A stretch of DNA of 64,000 nt, from contig MQRK01173466.1 in the NCBI GenBank assembly GCA_001938485.1, positions 33,156 to 97,155 of the forward strand, in the 5' to 3' direction. The stretch comes from Girardia tigrina (taxonomy: Eukaryota). Under the pieces are notes generated by a model. The model was not told the origin of the DNA, ran no database searches, and saw only the letters and a program-made list of their open reading frames with translations. The position numbers and the translations under genes are program-made. Shown here in pieces: positions 37,201 to 49,200 of this stretch (its first letter is position 1; the number at the start of each line of letters is the position of its first letter).

Positions 37201-40200
37201 ATAATAATTGTTTTAATTTATTAATATTTTGAAAATTCAATCATATTATTTTACTATTTTTGCAATCAATGTAATCATTTCGCAATTATTATATCATGTA
37301 AGTAAAATGTATAAGTTATCATTTTGTATTTTTTAAATCATTCAATTTTATTTTTATATGGCTTTCCCTTTTTGATGGATCAGTTGGCAGATTAACTGGA
37401 TATCTATTAGCCATATGATATTTACGAGATTCCAAGACAGTAGTGCTTGCCATCATCTGTAATCATCGGTACCCAATAGTTATAAGTCATACTCACTCTG
37501 AAAGTAAGCACTAGGAATAACTTTCAGAGCTTAAATTAAACCATGTGCTAGTAACATTATTTTGAGAAATTAAAATTTTCATCTAAAAAGAACTAAGTTT
37601 AAATAAAAAAATAATAATTAGAAAAACTTATCAATGAATACATCAAAAATAGTATATACTTATTCTATGCACTCTTTGTATAAATTTTGGTAGAGTAAAA
37701 GCATTTATTTGAGACATTTATATCCAAAAATTAACACTCAAAATAGTTATTGAGTGTGTTTAGATGACATAATCATTCATTGATTATACAAATCCACCAT
37801 ATACTTTTCTTCGTGGCCGATTAAACCGCCAAAATTAATTATCTATGAAAATAAAATTCTTCAGTTAAATTTGATATTTTTATTTTCAAGTTAAATATTG
37901 ATTTTAATTTTTAATTATTTAAATATTCTTAATCCTGATATAAATTATTAATAATTTTTATTAAATGATTTTTTTAAATTGAAATTTTTAGAACTTGATG
38001 TAATTATTTTATTTGGAAATGTTCAGTAAAAAATGTGTTACTTTCCTTCTTTCATGAATAAATCGTTTTTAATTTTGTTTTAAATATATTTCAAATTTAC
38101 AAAAAAAAATCACACTAGAATTTATTTTGATAACCTTTTCGCTGATACAAACGGAATAATTTTTAATAAAAATTATTTTTATGCTAATTATAATATTATT
38201 AACTGTTTATTATTTTGATGGTTTATTTAACTGCATTTATTATTTTGCGGCCTTTGAATAAATAAATTGTGTTACTCCCCTTTTTACACATTTAAATTAT
38301 GTAAACACAATTTACATTGAAATTCCCTATGCAAACAAACTGAAAGCACGTTTATTACAAACATTTGGCTTATCGACAAAATATCTCTTTCATTTAAAAA
38401 TGCGAAATATTCGCACCTTATTTTTTTCGTTCGTGAAAAATTGTTCAAATATTTTTTTTAATTGAACAAGTTTATTTTAAAATTTTAATAGATAAGTAAT
38501 TTATTTAAATTAATAACATAAGGTGCTTTTCAATGAACTTGTACTTGGATCAACTGTCAAAGTATTTCGTAGAGACTGTAAATTTCTTATTCTTTAAAAC
38601 AAACATTTGTATTCTTTAAAAGCCATACGGAAGTTATTGAACAAATTTTTTTCAATATTTGCATAATAAGAGCACATTAAAAAGAAATTTATTTAATACT
38701 AATATAAAAATGATCAAATGTTAGACTATAAATTTTAATTTAATAAACATTTTTAATTCAAATATAATTATTTTACTGATTTCTACATAAAATATTTTTT
38801 TTATTATAATTAATTATAAAATATAATATTATATAATAAAAATATTATATTATATAGATATAAAATAAGTGATGATAAAAACATACTAAATATGAAAACA
38901 TAAATTATTATAAAATATAAAATAGTATACATACTTCATTTTATTAGATACGTTTTTACACTATTCTACCCGAAAAATAATAATGAAAATAAAAGAATAT
39001 AATTAAATGAATTTTTCGCTGAATAATAATTACAATAAAATATATAGTTAGATGTATTCTTTCATCTTAATCAAGGGATAGTTGTAATTGTTCTTCATTT
39101 TTTGTGAGAACTTGTTATATGGGTAACTTATACGAACCAGTCAGACATGCTTCCACGTCGTGTCTATGTGAAACTTGAACGATGGTTTGAGTCTGTCTTT
39201 AGGTGAAAGTGTCAGAGAGCTAGCCGAAATACTACTCAGAAATGCCGACAGTAAATTCGTAGTGCCAGTGAGCTTGAAATTCACTGACACGGCTAGCTAA
39301 TATACTGGATGTGAATGCTGTAGGGATTATCGGAGGCACTCGAGTTTGAGAACAGCAGGAAAGGACGAGGAACCTTCGGTCTATCTTAAAATTGAGGCCT
39401 AATGAATCAATCAGTTTGAGAAATGATACTTGGAATCTGACTGAACATGATTGTGATGAAATTCTCTTCAGTTAAATGATTCGAGTGGCACAGTATGAAA
39501 ATACCATCAGTGTACCAGAATCTCCTAATACCTTAAAATTCAGAGAGTCCCATTTCTTGAAATAAATTATTTTCTTTAATTTCTAAAAGAATAAAATGAA
39601 ATATTCAGATTGTTCTCTTAATCAAAGACTTCTCGATTATCAATACAATTGTCAAAACGTTAAAATTCATTGTTAAGGAAATAAAAATAAGGAAACAATC
39701 GGTCTAGAAATCTTTACCAATAGATAAATTAATTAATAAGAAGCAGAATTTGTTTAATCGAATCAATTGATTAATTGGTGTATGATAGTTTTTGTAATCT
39801 TATGATAATAAATAATACGTTTGTAAATTTTGGTGTTACGCTTGTTTTCGTAAATACATGTTGTGATCCTTTTTTATTTTCATTTTATACTGTGCGATTT
39901 TTCGATCCCTTTCGATCGAGGATTCATCAATCACAAAAAGATTTTTCTCTTAGAATAAATTGTTAAAGGAAATTATCGGTTTAAAAGAAAACAAACCCAA
40001 AAGAAATCGTAAAGAAAATTTATTAAAAGACAAACAAAATTTTTGTTTATTAAAATACCTATAAAAATTTAAATCTAAATAAAAAGTAAGATAAAAAAAT
40101 TGAAACTGATAAGTTTTTTCGCACGTCGATTAAATGATAATTTGATGATGAAAATTGAAACTGCGGTTCATATATGGTTTCGTTTTACGGTAAATAATAA

Positions 40201-43200
40201 TTTTATAGATTAAAAAAATTAATTAAATTTATTAAGACTTTGAGTTTGGATTTTCTGTAATTATTTAAATAAACTAAAGTTTTATTTGTCGTGTTCTAAA
40301 TTTTACTTAAAATATTTTTGAGCTTCTATTCTTTTTAAACCCACGATTTTCTTTTACGCTTTCTTCATAAAAAAGAATGTCTTTGTAACATTTAGTACTT
40401 TTAGATGAGTATAAGCTTGCGTGTCACTAAAATTAATATGGAATTTTATTGGTCGGTCTAAAGGTGTAAAAAATTAATTAAAAATAAATAAAAAATACAC
40501 CGCACCAAAGTTAATAAAAATAATATTTAATTCGTAAATAAATGATGTACCAAAACTATTTCATGAATTAATAATTAATCATATTTTAAGTGACCAATTA
40601 AATTATAAATTACTTTTTGCTATTAGTATTTTTTTAAAAAAATATATTTGATGTACACGAATAAATATTGGAAAAAATGCCCAGATAAATTGTTAATAAA
40701 AACAACTGTCAGAAGATATTCGAAATAAAAATAAATATGTGACAAAGTTATTTAATTATATAGCTTAGAAAAATGATTATTTTGAATATTAAACGACTTT
40801 CCACATATCTAAAATTTATTTATATATAGTGTGCAAAAAATATCTAACCAAACTGGAAACAAGCTAACTTCACAAATTAATTAATGGACAAATGAAAAAA
40901 AATCAATAAAATAAGAGAAAATTAAGTTTTATATTAATATAATACTAAATGAAAACAAAACTTAATGTGGTGGATTAAATAACATTGTTTATCCGAAGTT
41001 ACATTTGCGATGGATTCAAGTCTGTTTATATTTGAGTGGAATAAAATTATTTTTCTTGAGACTCGTTATAGCAATTAATTATAAATTACAATAAAATTTT
41101 AATATATAATATTAATAATAATATGTTAATACTATATTACTTCATTTTTGTAAGTTCAACAACAAGTGGTCTAAACATCTGGAGGCTTTTCTAGTGCTTA
41201 GATAAAAAAACATAAAAAGCATGGGTGATCTAATCTATGTTTAGCTTACGTGTTTATAAGTTTTCAATCGTAAAATTAAATATTTTGTAATAATTTGTGT
41301 TCAATGTATTAGCTAGTAAATCAAAAAATTAAATTTTTTATATCCATTCTTTATGCAGCCAGAACTCTACTTATCAAAGAAAGTTTTTAAAATTAAAAAA
41401 AATTTAATTAATAAAACAAAAGTTAGTATAAACTACTTATAATTTATAAGTAGATATCTTGCAATTAATATTGTTCGAGAACTTCGAATTTTCCGTTTTT
41501 TCCCATTTTGGGATCTTAAAAATTGTTTCGCGATCAAATTTTACATAATCATTTATTATCATCGAGAATGAGTATGTGTACAAAGTTTGAAGAAAATTGA
41601 TTAAGTAAAAAGCCTTCAAAAACAGGTGTCTAAATTCCATTGGTAAAATATATACCTATATAGAAAGTAAGCTAATAGAAAGAATGGAAAAAAAAGTTTT
41701 CAATTAATCAATGGCTAGAAATTAAATCATGGGCATATGTAAAAAATTGCATCACCAGTCAAGAAAAGTCATCTTAAATGGCGGACAGAAAGGAAAATCT
41801 TATCACAAAATATACAAGGATTTTGGAGTTTCAAAGATAGTTGTATGTCAGCTAGTGCAGCGATTCAAGCAATATGGATCCATTAAAAACTTCAAATAAT
41901 CTGGAATATTACGGAATAAATTAATCTGGAATAAATATCTTGAAATATTACGAAGGACAAACTATTTACGATTATGTTTCTCAAGTAATGATGTTGGCAT
42001 CAAATATCGACGATCTGACCAAGGCGGCCTTTATGGCTGGATTGCCGTTCGAGTTGCAATTGAATTTAGAGCAGGCCGGCGATCAAGATTTAACTGAAAT
42101 GGTTGAATATAGTCGCAGGTATTTAGGAATTAAAAAATGTGTCACACAAAATTCAATGTCAGCGGTACAAAACGTTGGTGATGGCAAGATCGTTTCTAAA
42201 GAACGAGGTGAGGTCAGCGGCGGTAGAAGGAGTTCCTTTACAAAACCCCGTATGCCACATGACGGAAATCTGGCACAAACAAGGGTAAACCGTTATGGAA
42301 ATTCTCAGCGGCTATCTAATGGACAAATAATTTGCTATAAATGTAAGCAAGTTGGACATATTGCAAAATATTGCAAGTCGGGAAACGGACAGGGGAGTTT
42401 GTAGGCGCCGGCTCTCTTCCTCTGACATTTCCNNNNNNNNNNNNNNNNNNNNNNNNNNNNNNNNNNNNNNNNNNNNNNNNNNNNNNNNNNNNNNNNNNNN
42501 NNNNNNNNNNNNNNNNNNNNNNNNNNNNNNNNNNNNNNNNNNNNNNNNNNNNNNNNNNNNNNNNNNNNNNNNNNNNNNNNNNNNNNNNNNNNNNNNNNNN
42601 NNNNNNNNNNNNNNNNNNNNNNNNNNNNNNNNNNNNNNNNNNNNNNNNNNNNNNNNATACTTACCCTATGATTTGGGAATTTTAATTGGTATGGATGTTA
42701 TAAGTGAACTTGGGGGTGTGAAAATTAATAAGGGTGTTATCGAATTTGGTGTGTGTGTAGGAGAAGGACTAATGATGGCTGGTGACAATATGAGTTGTGT
42801 CACGGGTGTTGTACCAAGTGTTAGCCTGAACTAACACAATTATGAGATTGAATTTAAGGATAATTGGACTGTTAAATGGAAGTGGAAAGATGAAGCGCCG
42901 ATTTATCTACCAATTCGACATTCGACCTTTAAGGGTGACAAATCGAAAGATTTTTTTTCGAAATAACTTTGAAAATTGCGTTGTTTATAGTGAAGACAAC
43001 AAAGCTGATGAACTGACAAGAATACCCAAACCATTAAAACGAAGCAGTTGCCTTTTGTCTGTAACAGATGACATATTCAAACTACAGAAACTTCATGACA
43101 GATGTCATTTAGGTGCAAAGAGAATGNNNNNNNNNNNNNNNNNNNNNNNNNNNNNNNNNTCAAATGCGGATATAAAGGATTTGATCTCGAAGTGTCAAAG

Positions 43201-46200
43201 TTGTCAATCTATTGATCCGGCACCAATAAAATGGGAAACTGGAAAATTAGCTGTCAATGAAAACTGGACAAGACTTGCTGCGGATGTCACAAAATTTGAT
43301 CAACAAAAATTCTTAAGTATCATTGATTGTGGACCCTCTCGATCTGCAGTATGAAAACTAAGACCTGCCGCGAAACTCTTACTCGGATTACATGTCGGAA
43401 AATAACAACGAATCAGCTCCGAGTGTTAAGCAAAGTGAATCGGGAATCAGCAACAGACCCCAAAGAGAAAGACGGAAACCGAATTATTTGAACGAGTATG
43501 TAGTAGATATAGATTCTTGTGACGAAGAATCTGGGGGGAGTGTTACATGTTAAATTTATTTCTTAAATGAAATATTTAACATGAAAAAATATAGATAATT
43601 ATTTGTTTAAATAATATCTATTTAAAAAGTATTGTTAGTGAAAAATAAATTTTATAGATTTGTGATTCGTTGTTACAATTTTAAAAAAAAATTTCAAAAA
43701 AAATTATTATCGAAAACTTTGAATGAATTAATTTTTGTATTGTTTAAAGATATTCGAATTATTACCTCGTTCTTTAAATTTGTTTTCTCTGTAATTAAAT
43801 ATTTGAAACCATTCTATTAACAAGAATGTTACTGTTTCAAAAAGCGATAAACAATGATTTTTCTAACATCATATATGAAGAAATTTTTGGAAAGAATAAA
43901 TGCTCGAAAAAATGCAAGAAAAAATAGGATCATCGAGCTTGGTTTTATCGATTTGTTATCGGTCGTTTGCCGATGGAGTTCGAACGGGAATCCATCGATC
44001 CCGATTATCGAAAATATCTGATCGCGCAATCGCGAATCGCCGCCACAACTGGCGACTACTCGTACTTGGCAACGGCGCAATACGATCCCCGATGTTTCAA
44101 TGTCGACCAGTCCAGAGAACGATCCCTGACGATTTATTCGGAATTTCCAGATCCGAAATGGGGTCGGATTCTGTGGGCGACACGTTTGACCGGGACGGAC
44201 TAGATAATTTACGCGACCGATATTGGTGACACTGGTAACTTCAGTGTCATTGTAAGGAATCTATGAAATGTTACTCACACATTGTGAAGAATATGGGGTG
44301 TGTAATTGTTTTTTTGTAGTGTTTGCATGTTTAAATGTTGCGTGTTGATTTGGGATTGTGCCTCTCCTAATCAGATGGATGATCAATATTTTAATTCTAA
44401 TAATTTGAAACTAATTTATTTAAATTTAGATTTAATATTCAAATTTTCAATTTTTATTATTGCAACTTTTAAATAATTTTACTGATTTTATTTTTGTAAA
44501 TTTTTAAATAATTAAAATCAAATTAATGTTTAAAAATGACTATAAAATATTTTATTTTAGCCAATAAAATTTAAATAAATTTATTTTTAAATAAAATAAT
44601 TTTCTCAAGTATAGTTTAGATCACAATGAGAGATATTGAAAATTGAGTGATGGATTTACAGTGACCAGCAAAAGTGTATAGTTTTCTTTGGCATTTTGGT
44701 AAATGTGCAGTCATGTCTCGGATTTTAAATATTATGTCAAGTGTTATATATCATTTTGAAGCAATTTTACTTCTCTACCATACTCATGTTATGGCTTTTT
44801 AAATGTGAAACTAGTTTAAGAACAGTAACAGTTACAACATTTATTCAAAACTATACAGTTTTGCGGCTTTTTCAATGATTTTGTAAAAACCAACTTTCAA
44901 TATTTGATATAGCCCCCTTTAGCTTTTTTTAATGCTAAAATCCGTCGGGGCATAGAATCAATCACGGCCAAGCAATCAGCTCTGGTAATTCTTACCCATT
45001 CTTCAGATATTCTGCTCCACAGCGTAAGCATTCCATCCGGACGTTCGTGGTATTGATTCAGTTTTCTTTTTAACAATACCCATATATGTTCGATGGGATT
45101 GAGATCAGGAGATTGTGAAGGCCACTGCATAACANNNNNNNNNNNNNNNNNNNNNNNNNNNNNNNNNNNNNNNNNNNNNNNNNNNNNNNNNNNNNNNNNN
45201 NNNNNNNNNNNNNNNNNNNNNNNNNNNNNNNNNNNNNNNNNNNNNNNNNNNNNNNNNNNNNNNNNNNNNNNNNNNNNACAGTTGTGCGTCCATTTTACCT
45301 TCAATTTTTGTTAAATATCCAGGGCCTTCAGCTGTAATACATCCCCAGACCATTATTGAACCACCACCAAATTTTAAGGTTCCGGACACACTATTTTCAT
45401 CCAAAGAATTTTTCTTCTTCCTGCACCACCGTCTTCCGTCGGACCAATTTCTATTAATTTTGGATTAGTCTGAAAAGACAACCTGCCTCCAATCACTTGT
45501 AGTCCAGGAAATATGTGCATTAGCGAAGTCCAAGCGTTTTTTCTTCTGAATTTTCGTCAGTAGGGGTTTCTTAATCTTTGACGCAGAATAAAGTCCTTGC
45601 GTTTTTAAACTTCGCCTTACCGTNNNNNNNNNNNNNNNNNNNNNNNNNNNNNNNNNNNNNNNNNNNNNNNNNNNNNNNNNNNNNNNNNTTTGAATATCAC
45701 GCTTTATCATACGATGCTCCCTTTCATTAAGAAGCCTCGGGCGACCATTCGAATTGCTTTTGAAAGATAAATTTGCCTCCTTTTTTATCTGTTGAACTCT
45801 ACCTCTGCCCACACTATATTTCTTTGCTATCTCTGACAACGATAAACACTGTTCAATATCCATAATCAATTTTTTCCTGTCTGAAATTGATAACTTTGTC
45901 ATATCTAAAAATAAATTGAAAAAATATGTTAAAAAACTAAATATAATATTAAATATTATTCAATAAAACATGATAAATAACAAAATTTTAATGAAATTGT
46001 TACATTTAAACAAATAATATTGTAATTAAAAGGGATTTCTGTAAAACATTGAAAAAGCAGCAAAACTGTATAGTTTTGAATAAATGTTGTAACTGTTACT
46101 GTTCTTAAACTAGTTTCACATTTAAAAAGCCATAACATGGGTATGGTAGAAAAGTAAAATTGCTTCAAAATGATATATAACACTTGACATAATATTTAAA

Positions 46201-49200
46201 ATCCAAGACATGACTGCACATTTACCAAAATGCCAAAAAAAACTATACAGTTTTGCTGGTCACTGTAAGTGAAAGCAATACTATTGATCATCATAAAGAT
46301 GATAAGAAATGTGAATATAATAAATGTTCTGTCAAATGTGTAAGTTCTCTTAACATGGCGACTTCATACCACGTGACTCCGAACATCAAAGATCCGAGCA
46401 CAAATTAGAGGAATTCCTGATAAGTTTTAACAGGTATTCAAAGATTATGGGATTATCAGAGGAGAGAAAAATCCTACTAGTAACACCCTACTTAACTCAA
46501 GATGCGATTCTGAGATACGAGAAGGCCCCAGGGATTACTTGATAAGAGAAAATTCGAGCAGAGTTTTCAAAAGAGAAATCTATTTTGGATTTGATTAAAT
46601 ATCTCATAGAGTTAAGAGTAGGTTGCGGTGACCCGTCACTTGCGTTCCGCAAAGCAGATCAGATAATCGAAAAATTAGTAGAGAAAAAGTTCGGTAAGAA
46701 AGAACTATCAAACTTGGTCTATGCTAATATGATTGACGATGATAACGTAGATCAAGAAATAGCGATTCGAGGTGTAACAAAGGCAGAGGAGATCGAAAAC
46801 ATACAAATGAGGATGTATGAATACGGGAAAAAGAAAAGAATTTAACCGATTGTAGCATATAACACAGGGAAAGAAAACGATTGGAAAACTGTGGAGAATA
46901 AACAAAGGACACCAAAACCACGTAACGACGAAGTAAAGAGAGACGGTACAAGTCGAAATTATAAAGTCAGAAAAATAATTTTTGGGCATGCCGTGAGGAA
47001 GGTCATGTTAGAAGAGAATGTCCTAATGTTAAGTATAACCACTGCAAAGAAGAGGACACCTACGTACACAATGTTATGAAAACCCAAATAGATTTAAAGA
47101 ACGTGACCAACGGAAATGGGACTATGAGGGCTTAATTTAAATTTTTATCTCGCCAGAATAATTTATTATTTTTTTAAAAGGTAAAATATTTTAATGTTAA
47201 TATGCTTATTCAATATTTTAAAATTAAAAATGATATAATAAAAGAAAATCATAAAAAATTTAAATTTCTATTTAAAAATAAAAAATATCTTTTAATGTAT
47301 CTATTAAATATCTTAAAATTAAAAATGTTAAGAAAACCATTAAATATTAAATATTTATTTATAAATAAAAATATTTTTATTGTCAAAACAATTTATTTAT
47401 TTTAATAGAAGTATTAAGCAATTTAAATAAATTTTAAAATAAATTTTTGGTTGTAATGTGAAATGTATTTAATAAATTTGCAAGATTTTAAAAATTGAAT
47501 CGAAAAGAATTTAATAGATTAATTTGTGGCGGCATAATTAAATTAACAGAAAAGTTTGTTTTAAATATGTGAATTGTTGTTTTATAAATAAAGTTTGGTG
47601 TTAAAAAAATGAAATCGGATATTGATGTTGCAACCACCTCTCACCGGGACAATAATAGAAATCATTGGAATGACAGGAGAGATTATTCTAATCACAGATA
47701 TAGAGAACGACAGGCATATATGAATAAGAAACAACACTTAGTGGAGTTAGACGACAGGGATGATGAAATGGACAGGAGATCGGAAATATCTGATAGAAGA
47801 GAAGAGAATACACCAAGAGATTATTCTAGTGGTAAAAGAAGATCATATATGATTCATACCCCTATAGCGTTGATTCTTGTTTGAAGTCTACTCATCAAGT
47901 GATAAAGAAAAACGTCTTCCACCCTAACTTAATTTTCAGATTCAGTTTATACTCAATATCTTTAAAGTCCAAAAACATTTTTATCATTCCAGGTCTTTAG
48001 CACCCCAGCCATTTCTGATGCCTTTACTTTGTTCCATTGTATGCATCGGTATTCAATCTACTGCTAACAATTTCGCTAAGACAACCTAAGTTGAATTCTT
48101 CTTTTGTATGTAAAACGAAATCTTCAGGTGCTTTTTAGCCTGTTTTTCAATATCATTCTTCTTGATGATGATTTTTTCTTTCTTCCCAAAGTGTTTAATC
48201 AAGCTTGTTGTCACTTGTTTTGGATTGAAGGTCGCTAAGCAATATTTGCACTGGACAATATATTGCTCACCATTTTTCACGACTACATGTTTTCAATTTT
48301 CTGATTTCTTTCCCTTTACTTCCTCTAGTATATTGATTCCATCTAATATAATGGGGTTATGACAGATTTATTTGAGTTCGCACCTAAATTATTCTTAAGT
48401 CAGATATAAAAGGATTTTTCTTATTCAAAAAAATGTTTTTAAGCCAAGCACACGGGATAAGAGTTTCAATTGAATTTTGAAGCTAAAACAGTGAATGGGT
48501 CTACTGCTCTCTTATTTGCTTAACCATATAGGTTTACGAATGCTGAGATCCTTTTGATAATTTAATGTAGTGCACGCAAATCATTAGCTTCCGCTGTGAG
48601 TGGGTGTGGATGCGCCGGGGTTGAATTTTAAATTTTTTTAAATTCAGCCAATATTATCAATTGCCTAGAAAATTCAAGGTCACAATGGATTTGCTTCCCG
48701 GTTGAAAAAAATCATAGAAAATGTAAAAGAATAAAGTGAAAAGCTTGTCGCTATCAGTTGAAATATCTATGATTTTTCAACGTTATCAACACAATAATTG
48801 TGACTCCTTTCTCGTTGAATACCGACTGCTTCTAGCAACAGAAGGACAATGAATGGTCGAAAAAGGAGCAAGGGTTCATTTCTTTAGATTTATTTCAATT
48901 TGCAAGTAATCTAAAAATTAATTAAGTAATTGATAAGTAGAGTCGATCTTTCAAGTAATTCAGTATTTACTTACGTAGTTCCAACCCTAATCACGAACAA
49001 ACGTTTATGCGCAAAAATTTCTAGAAGAAGCTCTGTTTAAGAAACAAGTAGAAGATTTTTTCTTTTCGAGAATATCTATCTAAAAGAAAAATCAATCGCA
49101 GGACACATTAATATTGTTAAAAAAAATTTTAACATTATTTGATGAAAAGAAATTAGACGAGAGCACTAGTTTTGAGGTACTTTCCTCTTATTTTGACAAA

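Noticed and set aside
37330-37500. Short minus-strand exon-like stretch (MMASTTVLESRKYHMANRYPVNLPTDPSKRE..)
   Set aside because: No recognisable homology or partner exons.
43541-46355. One long LTR (TGTTA...TAACA) shared by two tandem gypsy elements
   Set aside because: The flanking gags are unrelated (one versus two knuckles) and TGTTA/TAACA ends are common.
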